A stretch of DNA of 56,737 bases from an uncultured virus (IMG/VR IMGVR_UViG_3300032291_003671) (lineage: Duplodnaviria; Heunggongvirae; Uroviricota; Caudoviricetes). Each line of letters starts with the position of its first letter. Position 1 is the first letter of the stretch. This document shows positions 10,400 through 19,282 of this stretch, piece by piece. The stretch is from IMG/VR virus record IMGVR_UViG_3300032291_003671; one strand, written 5' to 3'. The position numbers and the translations under genes were made by a program. Below the pieces are notes generated by a model. The model was not told the origin of the DNA, searched no databases, and was given only the letters and a program-made list of their open reading frames with translations.

Positions 10400-11722
10400 T
10401 TATTCACCACCTTCTAAATCCCACATTCCGTTACCGAAGTCAGTTCCTTTGTCTTTGATAGACTGAGGTACTTCAACATTTGGACTTCCTTTTAAATTCA
10501 AGAAGTACAAGTTTGGTAAGTCAGCAATACAATCAGGTATTGTAGTCAACTTAGGGTTATTAATTAACGCTAAGAATCTTAACTTAGGTAATGTACAAAT
10601 TGAATCAGGAATACTATCAATACAGTTATCAAGTAAAATCATGTTCAAATCTTTGAAACGACCAATCTCTTCAGGGATAGTGATAGTTAAATCTTTTTGG
10701 TCTCTGTTTTGAATTTGAAACTCCTTCAATGTTTCAGGTAGGTTTCCAATTAAATCATCTAAACCATATAAAGCAATGAACTTACCAATCGCTCCGTGAG
10801 AGAAACTATCAATTACTAACTTCTCACCACCAACTGTTAAACCTTTCGCAAACTCAGGTTTGAAGAAATCTTTCAATTCATTCATTGGTCCGTTCAATAA
10901 AGCAACCAAGTCTTGTTGACGGTCATCCTTATCCATAAATTGGTTGGATGGGAAGTGGAATTGATATCTGTTGATAGGTAATCCCGTTTTTGGTGCAATG
11001 TTAGAATCATTCGGATTGAAGATTACATATAAAGGACCATCCTTGATATATCTTTCAAAGTAAGATAATCCAGGTGCAGATGTACACCATCTTGTCTCTT
11101 GGTTATGACCACCGTAGAAACATGCTGCCTCTTTACCAATTTGACCTTTATCACTAATTTCAATTACTCTCAAATTCTTACCATCATAAACAATTTTTGA
11201 ACCAGGGTAAACCTCAGCAGTTTTTCTTTCTGCCTTAGTTGTAGATGCTAGTGTTAAGTCAAAGTCTTTAACTGCATTATATAATTCATCTGCAGTTATC
11301 TTATTAATATCTCTTTGGTTTTCAGGAAGTCTTCCTTTGAACCTTTCGAATTTCTTAAGGTCATCAGTTATTTTGTATAAGTCCTCCATGAAAGTTTCTT
11401 TCACAGCTTGAACTTCTTTTTCGTAACCATTGTCACCAAATTGTCTTTCTGTCTTAGGACTTAAGTAATTTTTGATTAACCATTGAACATATTTACCAGC
11501 CTTAACTTTTTCAAGTTCTTTAGAATTTGCGGTATCAATATCAATATTGTTTAATCTTGTTGTAGGGTCAGCCTTAACCAATTCAATAAATTCTTTCTTT
11601 GTCATTTTAGGCTTACTCTTATTACCCTGTTTGTCAACTGATGGTTTTGTTAAAGCGTCAAATAACAATTCAAATCTTGACTGTTCTAGGATAACCGATT
11701 TTAATAAGGACGTAAATTTCAT
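10400..11722 (-). CDS. PcfJ-like domain protein with C-terminal leucine-rich repeats
   Basis: AACFYGG...TRWCTSA; LRRs IPEEIGRFKDLNMILL, IPDSICTLPKLRFLAL, IPDCIADLPNLYFLNL. Confidence 0.85.
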   Translation of the reverse strand: MKFTSLLKSVILEQSRFELLFDALTKPSVDKQGNKSKPKMTKKEFIELVKADPTTRLNNIDIDTANSKELEKVKAGKYVQWLIKNYLSPKTERQFGDNGYEKEVQAVKETFMEDLYKITDDLKKFERFKGRLPENQRDINKITADELYNAVKDFDLTLASTTKAERKTAEVYPGSKIVYDGKNLRVIEISDKGQIGKEAACFYGGHNQETRWCTSAPGLSYFERYIKDGPLYVIFNPNDSNIAPKTGLPINRYQFHFPSNQFMDKDDRQQDLVALLNGPMNELKDFFKPEFAKGLTVGGEKLVIDSFSHGAIGKFIALYGLDDLIGNLPETLKEFQIQNRDQKDLTITIPEEIGRFKDLNMILLDNCIDSIPDSICTLPKLRFLALINNPKLTTIPDCIADLPNLYFLNLKGSPNVEVPQSIKDKGTDFGNGMWDLEGGE

Positions 11723-11767
11723 TTCCGTGTTTTTTATTTAATAAATATAATGCCAATACAAAAATAA

Positions 11768-12607
11768 CTAATAATTTAGAATTAACAGCTCTTTTCCCAT
11801 ATTTTGTTTTTTACCTTTTTTTGCCGCAGCTGCTTTAGCAAATTCTTTTTCCTCCCATCTAAATCTATTTTTTGGAAACCATTCGTGTAATAAGTCAAAA
11901 TCATAATATGATAAACTAAATTTACCTTCAACATTATTTAATACTTCAGCTAATCTTTGATGGTCACTACTATCAAAGTCATGGTTGTTATAGTAGTTTT
12001 CAGTCTTCCAATAGGGTGGGTCTAAATAAATGTAAGTAGATGGAGAATCATACTTCTCAATTACTCCTTGAAAATCCATATTTTCAACATCAGTAATCTT
12101 TAAAAAATGTTCAACCCAATCAGGTTTACTCAACTTGTCTCTGAATGAAAGATACTTACATCTGTACTTACCCTTTAAATCAATGAAGTTAGATGTCTCA
12201 GGTTTACTACCACTAAAAACTTGAGTTAAAACATAAGCGTATTTTGCGGCCATCTCATAATTGAATGGTTGAACAATTACATTCTCTGCGAATACCTCAG
12301 CTTGATATTGTTTGAATTTTTCACGAAATTCATCAGGTGTATTACTTACCCCTAATTGTTGAACAGGAATCTCGTCCATAACTCGTTGTAACTCACTTGG
12401 ATTCTGAGCACATTGAAATAGATTATAGTTTAATGAATTAAAGTCGTTGTATACAACTTTCTTAAGATTTGAGTATTGACCCAAATTCATGTTAAAGAAA
12501 CACCAAAACATTCCACCGAATGTTTCCACATATGTTTCCATGTTGTTCGGGTAATATGGAACTATCCACTTACCGATTTTTGATTTACCCCCTATATAAC
12601 TTAGCAT
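11768..12607 (-). CDS. DNA adenine methyltransferase (Dam/D12 class)
   Basis: YIGGKS, YVETFGG, VYND, YLDPPY, ELLILNY motifs. Confidence 0.92.
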   Translation of the reverse strand: MLSYIGGKSKIGKWIVPYYPNNMETYVETFGGMFWCFFNMNLGQYSNLKKVVYNDFNSLNYNLFQCAQNPSELQRVMDEIPVQQLGVSNTPDEFREKFKQYQAEVFAENVIVQPFNYEMAAKYAYVLTQVFSGSKPETSNFIDLKGKYRCKYLSFRDKLSKPDWVEHFLKITDVENMDFQGVIEKYDSPSTYIYLDPPYWKTENYYNNHDFDSSDHQRLAEVLNNVEGKFSLSYYDFDLLHEWFPKNRFRWEEKEFAKAAAAKKGKKQNMGKELLILNY

Positions 12608-12611
12608 AGTT

Positions 12612-12642
12612 CAAATATAGTAAAAAAAAACCAAAAGGCAAA
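12612..12642 (-). promoter_or_regulatory. Bacteroidota-type promoter TTTG-N19-TATATTTG, 4 nt before the MTase ATG
   Basis: Consensus match with 19-nt spacer. Confidence 0.7.
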
Positions 12643-12819
12643 TTACTTATAACAATTTTTATAAGGTCTACACGAAGCTTTCTGTGTGAACCCCATATCT
12701 TTGCACGAAGTCGATTCACAATATGATTTACTATACTTGCGAGGTTTCTTATATTTTCCTTGTTCTTTCTCATCAAGATATTGATAAAGAACTCTCTTAA
12801 TAATTTGTTCTAATAACAT
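12643..12819 (-). CDS. Small basic Cys-rich protein (58 aa)
   Basis: Not in ORF track. MLLEQIIKRVLYQYLDEKEQGKYKKPRKYSKSYCESTSCKDMGFTQKASCRPYKNCYK*; TATTTATA 3 nt upstream. Confidence 0.75.
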   Translation of the reverse strand: MLLEQIIKRVLYQYLDEKEQGKYKKPRKYSKSYCESTSCKDMGFTQKASCRPYKNCYK

Positions 12820-12829
12820 ACTTATAAAT

Positions 12830-12976
12830 ATGGCAGAATCTACTTGTAAATCGTGTAAACAAAAAGGACCAGGTCCTATTCAAATTGGGTCTATTGTTTT
12901 AGGAACTTATGTATTGGCGACATCCATTTATGGAACCGTTAAATTAGTTCAAACAATCATTAGTTTAATTAATTAG
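12830..12976 (+). CDS. Small CxxC membrane protein (48 aa)
   Basis: MAESTCKSCKQKGPGPIQIGSIVLGTYVLATSIYGTVKLVQTIISLIN*; TACTTATA 3 nt upstream. Confidence 0.7.
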   Translation: MAESTCKSCKQKGPGPIQIGSIVLGTYVLATSIYGTVKLVQTIISLIN

Positions 12977-13886
12977 GTCTTTCAAACTTAACATTAAGTT
13001 TAACATACATGTCTCCGTTATTATAACCTTTGTTTTTTAATCTCAAAGGTCTTGAGGTATCGAATATTTTTGGTGCATTTATACTTAATTCTCCATTAGG
13101 GTGAGGTATTACATATTTTTCTTGTTTGAGTTGCTCCAAATCCAAATATAAATTATAGATTAAGTCATCGTTCATCTTTTCAAATCCGTCTTTGTTTACC
13201 AATTCAATTTGAACTACTAAATCTCCATATTCACCATTTCTGAAATCACCTAAGTTTTCCAGTTTCAAGAATTGTCCGTTGTCAACAGCAACTGGAAGTT
13301 TAACCTTAACTTCATGAGTTACAGGTTTAACTCCTCTACCATCACACTTGAAACATCTATGAACTAATGTATAACCCCTTCCACCACATGAGGTGCAAGC
13401 AACCCTCATTTGTTGAACCATAAATCCAGTACCAAACGATTTGATTTGGAATCCAACGCCATTACAAGTATTACAACTTTGTTGTTCACCACCTTTACCA
13501 GCACAAGTATCACAATGATTATCTTTTAGATATTGAATTTTTTTTTCAACACCTATATAAGATTCAAAAGGAGAGACCTGAACTTTTATAATTTTATCTG
13601 GTGCCGATTTTCTTCTTGGTTGTTGTCTTTGTTGATTATTGAACATTTGGCTGAAAATATCCGAAAACTGAGAATCTGAAAATGGATTGTTTTTTGAATT
13701 GAGATACTTTTCTTTTTTTTCCTTATTACTCAATACGTCATACGCCTCTGCAATTTCCTTAAATTTCTCAGTGCCTTCAGGATTTACATCGGGATGATAT
13801 TTCTTAGATAAGGCACGATAACTTTTTTTTATTTGGTCATCAGTCGCATTCTCTTCAATTTCTAAAATTTTGTGATAATCTTTCAT
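12969..13886 (-). CDS. dnaJ: DnaJ co-chaperone (type I)
   Basis: J domain with HPD, four CxxCxGxG zinc-finger repeats, GDL C-terminal domain. Confidence 0.95.
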   Translation of the reverse strand: MKDYHKILEIEENATDDQIKKSYRALSKKYHPDVNPEGTEKFKEIAEAYDVLSNKEKKEKYLNSKNNPFSDSQFSDIFSQMFNNQQRQQPRRKSAPDKIIKVQVSPFESYIGVEKKIQYLKDNHCDTCAGKGGEQQSCNTCNGVGFQIKSFGTGFMVQQMRVACTSCGGRGYTLVHRCFKCDGRGVKPVTHEVKVKLPVAVDNGQFLKLENLGDFRNGEYGDLVVQIELVNKDGFEKMNDDLIYNLYLDLEQLKQEKYVIPHPNGELSINAPKIFDTSRPLRLKNKGYNNGDMYVKLNVKFERPN

Positions 13887-13888
13887 AT

Positions 13889-14539
13889 ATGGAAAACTAC
13901 TTGGTAGTATTGTTTAAGAATAAAAAAAGAAAAAGAATTATAAAGAAATTTGTAACTTTATCGAAAGCGAAATCTTTTTACAATAAGAAACTTAAAGAAT
14001 CTAGTGAGGTTATTTTTAACGTTCTTGTTGAGAGTGGCAAAAAATGTACGCTTGAGCTGGGTATAGTAGAGTTGAGTTCTAATCAACTAATACCTATCTA
14101 TATGACAGATGACATTGGTAGAAGTGTTAGGGTTAAATTAGAGGACGAAGGAATGACTTTATTTGAAATTTCCACATACAAAAAAGAAGAAAAAATTTAC
14201 GACCTACAGAAAAATAAAAAGATTACTAGCCAAGAATTAATCAAAAATTATTTAAAAGGTGATGGATTAAAAATGATGTCAGTATTAAATAATAAAGTTA
14301 TCTTGCAAGAAGATGAGTCATTTAAATTATTCTCTTTAAAAAATGAGATTGAATGTTCTCGTTTTATAGATTCAATATCCTCATACTTCTTTAAAATAAA
14401 AAGAGGAGATTGTCTTTTTATCAAAGACTACTCCTCTGCTCAAAGAAAATACTTATACACTTTGTTAGAATCTAACGGTGTTGATAAGAAAATATTGTAT
14501 AGAAAATTTACGACATATCCTCAAGGTCATTCAAAATAA
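13889..14539 (+). CDS. Basic hypothetical protein
   Basis: 216-aa Lys-rich ORF divergent from dnaJ. Confidence 0.75.
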   Translation: MENYLVVLFKNKKRKRIIKKFVTLSKAKSFYNKKLKESSEVIFNVLVESGKKCTLELGIVELSSNQLIPIYMTDDIGRSVRVKLEDEGMTLFEISTYKKEEKIYDLQKNKKITSQELIKNYLKGDGLKMMSVLNNKVILQEDESFKLFSLKNEIECSRFIDSISSYFFKIKRGDCLFIKDYSSAQRKYLYTLLESNGVDKKILYRKFTTYPQGHSK

Positions 14540-14744
14540 AATGAAACTCGGTTCCTGATATATCAATTGAAAATTGTTTGTGGTGTCTATCAATTTCTCT
14601 GAAATGATTAAGGACACTATTATATTCCCCTTTAGGTAATTCAAAAATAATTGTTCCCTTACCACTAAACATAGTTTGAACTGATTCTGCAATTAAGGCT
14701 AGTTTTTCTATTTCCCCAAAAGTATCACTTTTATTTTCTGCCAT
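14508..14744 (-). CDS. Hypothetical protein
   Basis: ORF in an overlapping gene run. Confidence 0.65.
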   Translation of the reverse strand: MAENKSDTFGEIEKLALIAESVQTMFSGKGTIIFELPKGEYNSVLNHFREIDRHHKQFSIDISGTEFHFILNDLEDMS

Positions 14745-14902
14745 ATTGTTAGTTTTTTAGGTTTGGGAAATAAATCCTCTTTAGTTATTTTTTTTATTTC
14801 GTTAACAATTTTTTCTTTGTTTCTGTCCAACTCTCGTTGGTCTTTCAACTTTTCACTATTGAACCAATTCAGTAGTTGTTGTCCCCTGTCCGTCTTGCTC
14901 AT
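14708..14902 (-). CDS. Hypothetical protein
   Basis: ORF in an overlapping gene run. Confidence 0.6.
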   Translation of the reverse strand: MSKTDRGQQLLNWFNSEKLKDQRELDRNKEKIVNEIKKITKEDLFPKPKKLTIWQKIKVILLGK

Positions 14903-15326
14903 CTTCTATTTCGTCATCAATTAAATCTTCGTTTATATCCAATTCAGGACTAATCTCTGCACTTTCAAAATCAAAGTATAAACTTTGTAATTTATCTAAA
15001 TCTGTTTTTTCAAAAGTCTGTTTAAGTTGTTCAACAGTTTGTTTAAACAATCTTTCCTTTAACTCTTTTTCTTTATTTAATTTAATAATTTTACCAATCT
15101 TAACCAAGATTGTTGAAATTTCTTTTTCATTTATTTGCGAAACAAATGAAATACCTTTTAAATTTTGATTGTCCGTTTCAAATCCAACGACTTGTCCTTC
15201 CTCAACAATACTTTTTGGTAAAGACCATTTTGTTGGGAATTTCATATCAAAACTCAAATATGTCTCCAATCTTCTAATTGAATGGATATAGTCAATAAAT
15301 GGTACTAATTCTTTATAAAAACTCAT
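14856..15326 (-). CDS. Hypothetical protein with acidic C-terminus
   Basis: 156-aa ORF. Confidence 0.75.
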   Translation of the reverse strand: MSFYKELVPFIDYIHSIRRLETYLSFDMKFPTKWSLPKSIVEEGQVVGFETDNQNLKGISFVSQINEKEISTILVKIGKIIKLNKEKELKERLFKQTVEQLKQTFEKTDLDKLQSLYFDFESAEISPELDINEDLIDDEIEDEQDGQGTTTTELVQ

Positions 15327-15535
15327 TTTTGTAATAGATAGGTTATAATATAACTAATTGATATTCCTAAAAATATAAGTTCTCTGTTACTGTAAAACAA
15401 AGGTTCTGGTTCTTTTTGTAACAGAGCACTTATAAATTTTGTGACATTTTTCAATGACACCAATATTGAAAATATAAATATAAAAAGGTATATTGCGTCA
15501 ATATTATGCATTCTCTTCTGTCTTTTTGTGTTCAA
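15323..15535 (-). CDS. Small two-TM membrane protein (true start may be internal, MHNID)
   Basis: Two hydrophobic helices. Confidence 0.65.
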   Translation of the reverse strand: MNTKRQKRMHNIDAIYLFIFIFSILVSLKNVTKFISALLQKEPEPLFYSNRELIFLGISISYIITYLLQK

Positions 15536-15686
15536 GGATTTCTCCTCTTAAGTTCTGTAATAAAGCTTTTAAATCTTGACATGTTTTTCTAGCTCTAATA
15601 CCTGCACTTTTGTTTCCTTTATAGAATTTTGTAGTATCAACTGAAAGTAACTCAGTCAACTCTTTAATTTTTTCTAAAGTTTCCAT
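15504..15686 (-). CDS. Histone H1-like Hc1-family protein
   Basis: KFYKGNKSAGIRARK motif typical of the Bacteroidota/Chlamydia Hc1 N-terminal domain. Confidence 0.8.
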   Translation of the reverse strand: METLEKIKELTELLSVDTTKFYKGNKSAGIRARKTCQDLKALLQNLRGEILEHKKTEENA

Positions 15687-15765
15687 TTGAATAATTAATT
15701 ATAGTTGTTTATTTTAATATTAAAAAGTTAAGTTTTTCCTTGCTGGTGTAAATAGAATCAAGGTT

Positions 15766-16224
15766 TTATTCCATATTTTTTTCCATTAACTTATATAATT
15801 CTGTAAGCAAATCTAAGTCAGGTCTGGAATAGACCATGTTGGTATCAAATATTTCATTTAAAAATCTTAATATTGATTCTTTGATTTTATTTTCGCGTTG
15901 ATTGTAGAAACTATCCATAAAAAAAGACTGAAAATATTCTTTATGGTCTCCTTTGAATTTGATATTCACATTCTCCTTTTCAAAGTCTTTTACCATTTTT
16001 TTCCAGCACCAATCAAAATGAGATATTTTATCTTCATCTAATAAGTTAATCTTAGTCTCAGAGTTACTATCACCAAGATAGGTGTCAACAATTATTGCAT
16101 TAAGTGATTTGAAAATGTCTCCATACAATTCAATTTTTTCATAAATCATATTATGAACATTGAACCATATTATCACTTCATCTTTAGGTATCGGCTTTGC
16201 CATCCAATCAAAAAAATTCTCCAT
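15766..16224 (-). CDS. Hypothetical protein
   Basis: 152-aa ORF. Confidence 0.8.
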   Translation of the reverse strand: MENFFDWMAKPIPKDEVIIWFNVHNMIYEKIELYGDIFKSLNAIIVDTYLGDSNSETKINLLDEDKISHFDWCWKKMVKDFEKENVNIKFKGDHKEYFQSFFMDSFYNQRENKIKESILRFLNEIFDTNMVYSRPDLDLLTELYKLMEKNME

Positions 16225-16246
16225 AGAAGATTAATCTATGGAGAAT
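16210..16246 (-). terminator. 12-bp perfect hairpin plus U-tract overlapping the start codon of 15766..16224
   Basis: attctccataga (16216-16227) and tctatggagaat (16235-16246), 7-nt loop. Confidence 0.65.
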
Positions 16247-16274
16247 ATAATATACTTTTAATAAATGTGAATTT

Positions 16275-17696
16275 TTATTGTGTTTTTCTGTTATATCCAA
16301 TAAGATTTTTCATCTTATTCATTTCTTCAGAAACAATTTTTTCTTTTTTATCTTCAGTTGATTCAAGTTTATTCATAATGTTTTGAGCTTTTTGAGTTGA
16401 GTTACTTTTTTTAGATTTTAAACTTCCACTCTCTTTTTTTTCTCCAGCAATATCAACTGGTTGTGATTGTCTTTTGTATGAAACATTCATTTGTTCTGCT
16501 CCGTATAAATTGTCGTCAAAATTCTTTTTGAATCTATCTCCAACTTTTTCACTTCTTTTTGAAACATTTCCTAAAGCTTTACCATCTTTACTTGTAACCG
16601 CATTACCGTTCTTAGAATCACCTTTGATTTGTTTGTCAATCATCTCATCATCAGGTTTAATCTCGTCGTAAACTAAGTTAGTCATACCAGGATAAGCAAA
16701 CGCCTCAATGTATTCTTCAACCGCATCAGATGGATGATACTTCTTTTCATTATGTTCTTTTTCCATATCATAATTACTTTGAGGGAAATCTTCAGGATTT
16801 TCTTCATATCCTTTACCACCCATAAACATATCCTTCATGTAATCTTTCATTTTTTTAGTAACTTCCTGAGCCGCTTCATCATTTACTTTCTTACTTTGAT
16901 TCAAAGCTTTTTCAGTTTTCTTCAATCCTTGAGGAGCTTTGAAACTAATATTGTCCGCCTCCGCGTCATCTTTAACTTTTTGTTCTGTAATAATTTTTTC
17001 AATCATATCAATTAATTCATTTTCACTTAAAGTAATAGAATTTTTACTTTCATTAAGACCACCTAAAGTTAAAGCTAAATTAACTTGTTTTAATAATTTA
17101 GAGTCTGATGCCGATAATTTTTTATCACCTTTAGCTTTAATCATTAAATCTTTCTTAATAGAATTCAATTTAGATTTAGAAATTTTTTGTCCTTCAGGAA
17201 TTCCTAAAGTCTTATGTAAAGAACCTTTTTTCATTTCTGTTTTTTGAATCCATTTCATATCTTCTTTAGATTCTTTTACAGAATATGTTTTACCATCAAC
17301 CTCAAATGAATCATCTCCATCTTCTTTAGCTTTAGCTAAAGCTCCTGAGAATGCATTTCCCTCTTCAGTTTCAGCCTCTTCCATTTCTCTTTGTTTTTCG
17401 ATATTTGAATATACACCTATAACTTCATCAGGTCTACCATCGAATTCATCTCTCTCTTCATCAGTCTCCTCTTTAGTTGACTTTGAATCTCTTAATTTTT
17501 TGAAGTCAGCTGAAGTGATTTTGCCTTTTGGCTCTGCAACATCAATCTTTGATTGATTACCTGAAAGTTCTTCGTCCATATCAATTTCCGTCCACTCTCC
17601 ACTCATTTCTTTTATAATTTCTTTTGACTTTGCGTTAATTTCTTCTCTTAATATTTTAGAGATTAACTTATCAATGTTATGTTGAGAATTTTTCAT
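16275..17696 (-). CDS. Highly charged protein, putative head-internal/scaffold-like
   Basis: E/K-rich; ISKILREE and ITLSENELIDMIEKIITEQ motifs; TATTTATA upstream. Confidence 0.8.
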   Translation of the reverse strand: MKNSQHNIDKLISKILREEINAKSKEIIKEMSGEWTEIDMDEELSGNQSKIDVAEPKGKITSADFKKLRDSKSTKEETDEERDEFDGRPDEVIGVYSNIEKQREMEEAETEEGNAFSGALAKAKEDGDDSFEVDGKTYSVKESKEDMKWIQKTEMKKGSLHKTLGIPEGQKISKSKLNSIKKDLMIKAKGDKKLSASDSKLLKQVNLALTLGGLNESKNSITLSENELIDMIEKIITEQKVKDDAEADNISFKAPQGLKKTEKALNQSKKVNDEAAQEVTKKMKDYMKDMFMGGKGYEENPEDFPQSNYDMEKEHNEKKYHPSDAVEEYIEAFAYPGMTNLVYDEIKPDDEMIDKQIKGDSKNGNAVTSKDGKALGNVSKRSEKVGDRFKKNFDDNLYGAEQMNVSYKRQSQPVDIAGEKKESGSLKSKKSNSTQKAQNIMNKLESTEDKKEKIVSEEMNKMKNLIGYNRKTQ

Positions 17697-17721
17697 TTTT
17701 TACTTTTTATTATAAATATCA

Positions 17722-18579
17722 TTATTTGTTTCTTTTACTTATATTTTCGTACTCATGTTCTAAAATAGTCATAATAACATTAGGACTTACATTCATTTTC
17801 TTAGATACACTTTCAATAGCCTCTTTAACCGTTTCATTTTTACTTATCTTAAGGTTATTAATATCCCCCTGATTACAATAAGGGAACTTAGTACATTTCT
17901 TTTTAATCTTAACAAATCCACCACCAGGTATTTGTGTCTTTCTACTTGGACCCCAATCTTTCTTCTTAGTTGACTTTGCCCACATAGCAGGTGACTCGTA
18001 ACCACCTGAGGAACCTGTAGTTGTTGCTTCAGTTGCCTCCACTTTTTCTACTTCACTTTCTTTAGTTAATGATTTTTTCTCAGCATTACTTTTCTCCATG
18101 AATTCATTTGAAAAATTTATAGGGCTTACAAAACCTCCTGATGAACCAGTACATGTTGCTTCTTTGGTTTCAACTTTGTCAGGGTCACTTTCTTCACTTG
18201 AAAATAATGGGCCAGAATATGCTCCTGATGAACCCGAACCTGTAGCTTCTGTAGATTCTTCTTTCTTAGACATTTTTAATCCGCATAATTCTAAAAATTT
18301 ATTATAGTCAAATTTAATTTTTTCTTTCTTAAACTTGTCTATCATATCTTTAGCGATTGTCTTTCTATTATCAATATCTTTAACTTTCTTAACAATATCA
18401 ATAATGCCATCAACCATTTCTTTTTGGTTGGAGGATAAACTTTCTATTTTGTTTTCCAATTCTTCTTCAGTAAAATTTTGTTTATATTTGTTTGCGTCTA
18501 TCATAGTATCAGCATTTAAATCAATAGATGAATATGCTTTGTTAATTCCCGCTCTAAATAAATCACCTGAATTCTCCAT
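17722..18579 (-). CDS. Hypothetical protein with three ExxEATxxGSSGxY/F repeats
   Basis: 285-aa ORF with internal repeats and CTKFPYC motif. Confidence 0.8.
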   Translation of the reverse strand: MENSGDLFRAGINKAYSSIDLNADTMIDANKYKQNFTEEELENKIESLSSNQKEMVDGIIDIVKKVKDIDNRKTIAKDMIDKFKKEKIKFDYNKFLELCGLKMSKKEESTEATGSGSSGAYSGPLFSSEESDPDKVETKEATCTGSSGGFVSPINFSNEFMEKSNAEKKSLTKESEVEKVEATEATTTGSSGGYESPAMWAKSTKKKDWGPSRKTQIPGGGFVKIKKKCTKFPYCNQGDINNLKISKNETVKEAIESVSKKMNVSPNVIMTILEHEYENISKRNK

Positions 18580-18992
18580 TATCTACCAATAAGTAAAACA
18601 GTCAAAGCAATAACAATACCTCCTGACATTATGTTTAGGAACTTGCCTTTAACTTTTTCTTTCTTCAAATCCCATTCAATTTTTTTATTATAATTTTCTA
18701 ATACACCATACTTTTGATTTTGAGTATCAATGATTGTGTTATTATTAATTTCTTTAACTTTCATAGTTGATATGATACTATCTTTAACAACAACTTTCTT
18801 TTCAGTTAAAACAAGTTGTTCTTCAATTAACTTTAATTGAATTTTTGTCTCATCATATCTCAATAAATCTTGAGATATCATTTGCAAAGTCTTAACAGGT
18901 AAACACTTAGTTGGAACCTGAACCGTACCTACTTGTGAAAAAGCTGTCAAGCTTAATGTCATCATAAGTAGCAGCGCGCTTAATTTCTTCAT
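18579..18992 (-). CDS. Exported coiled-coil protein with C-terminal TM (spanin-like candidate)
   Basis: Signal peptide ending TAFS|Q, coiled coil, hydrophobic C-terminus. Confidence 0.65.
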   Translation of the reverse strand: MKKLSALLLMMTLSLTAFSQVGTVQVPTKCLPVKTLQMISQDLLRYDETKIQLKLIEEQLVLTEKKVVVKDSIISTMKVKEINNNTIIDTQNQKYGVLENYNKKIEWDLKKEKVKGKFLNIMSGGIVIALTVLLIGR

Positions 18993-19281
18993 GGTATACT
19001 TCTTTTATAATAGTTTTTTGACCTTTTATTTTTGAGATGTTGTCATTAATGTGTTCAACCTCTTTGTTGTAAACAGTAATACTACTGTCTAATTTTTGTT
19101 GTTCTTTATAAATGTTCTTAACGACATTATTTAAAGAATTAATTTGAGCCCTTTCTCCAGCAGACATTTCAATCTTAGGAGTTAAAAAAAATATTAACCA
19201 ATACAAAATAAAAAGACCAAACAATACTTTAATGATTGCTGGATAATGGTTAACTACGAAATTTTTAATTGTCTGTATCAT
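18907..19281 (-). CDS. N-terminal TM plus coiled-coil protein (i-spanin-like candidate); start revised to MIQTIK
   Basis: Single TM then heptad region; 86-nt overlap with the downstream gene. Confidence 0.6.
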   Translation of the reverse strand: MIQTIKNFVVNHYPAIIKVLFGLFILYWLIFFLTPKIEMSAGERAQINSLNNVVKNIYKEQQKLDSSITVYNKEVEHINDNISKIKGQKTIIKEVYHEEIKRAATYDDIKLDSFFTSRYGSGSN

Positions 19282-19282
19282 A

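Noticed and set aside
12585..12776. Track ORF of 63 aa, or a structured RNA in this gap
   Set aside because: A better ORF in another frame (12643..12819) with a promoter motif explains the region
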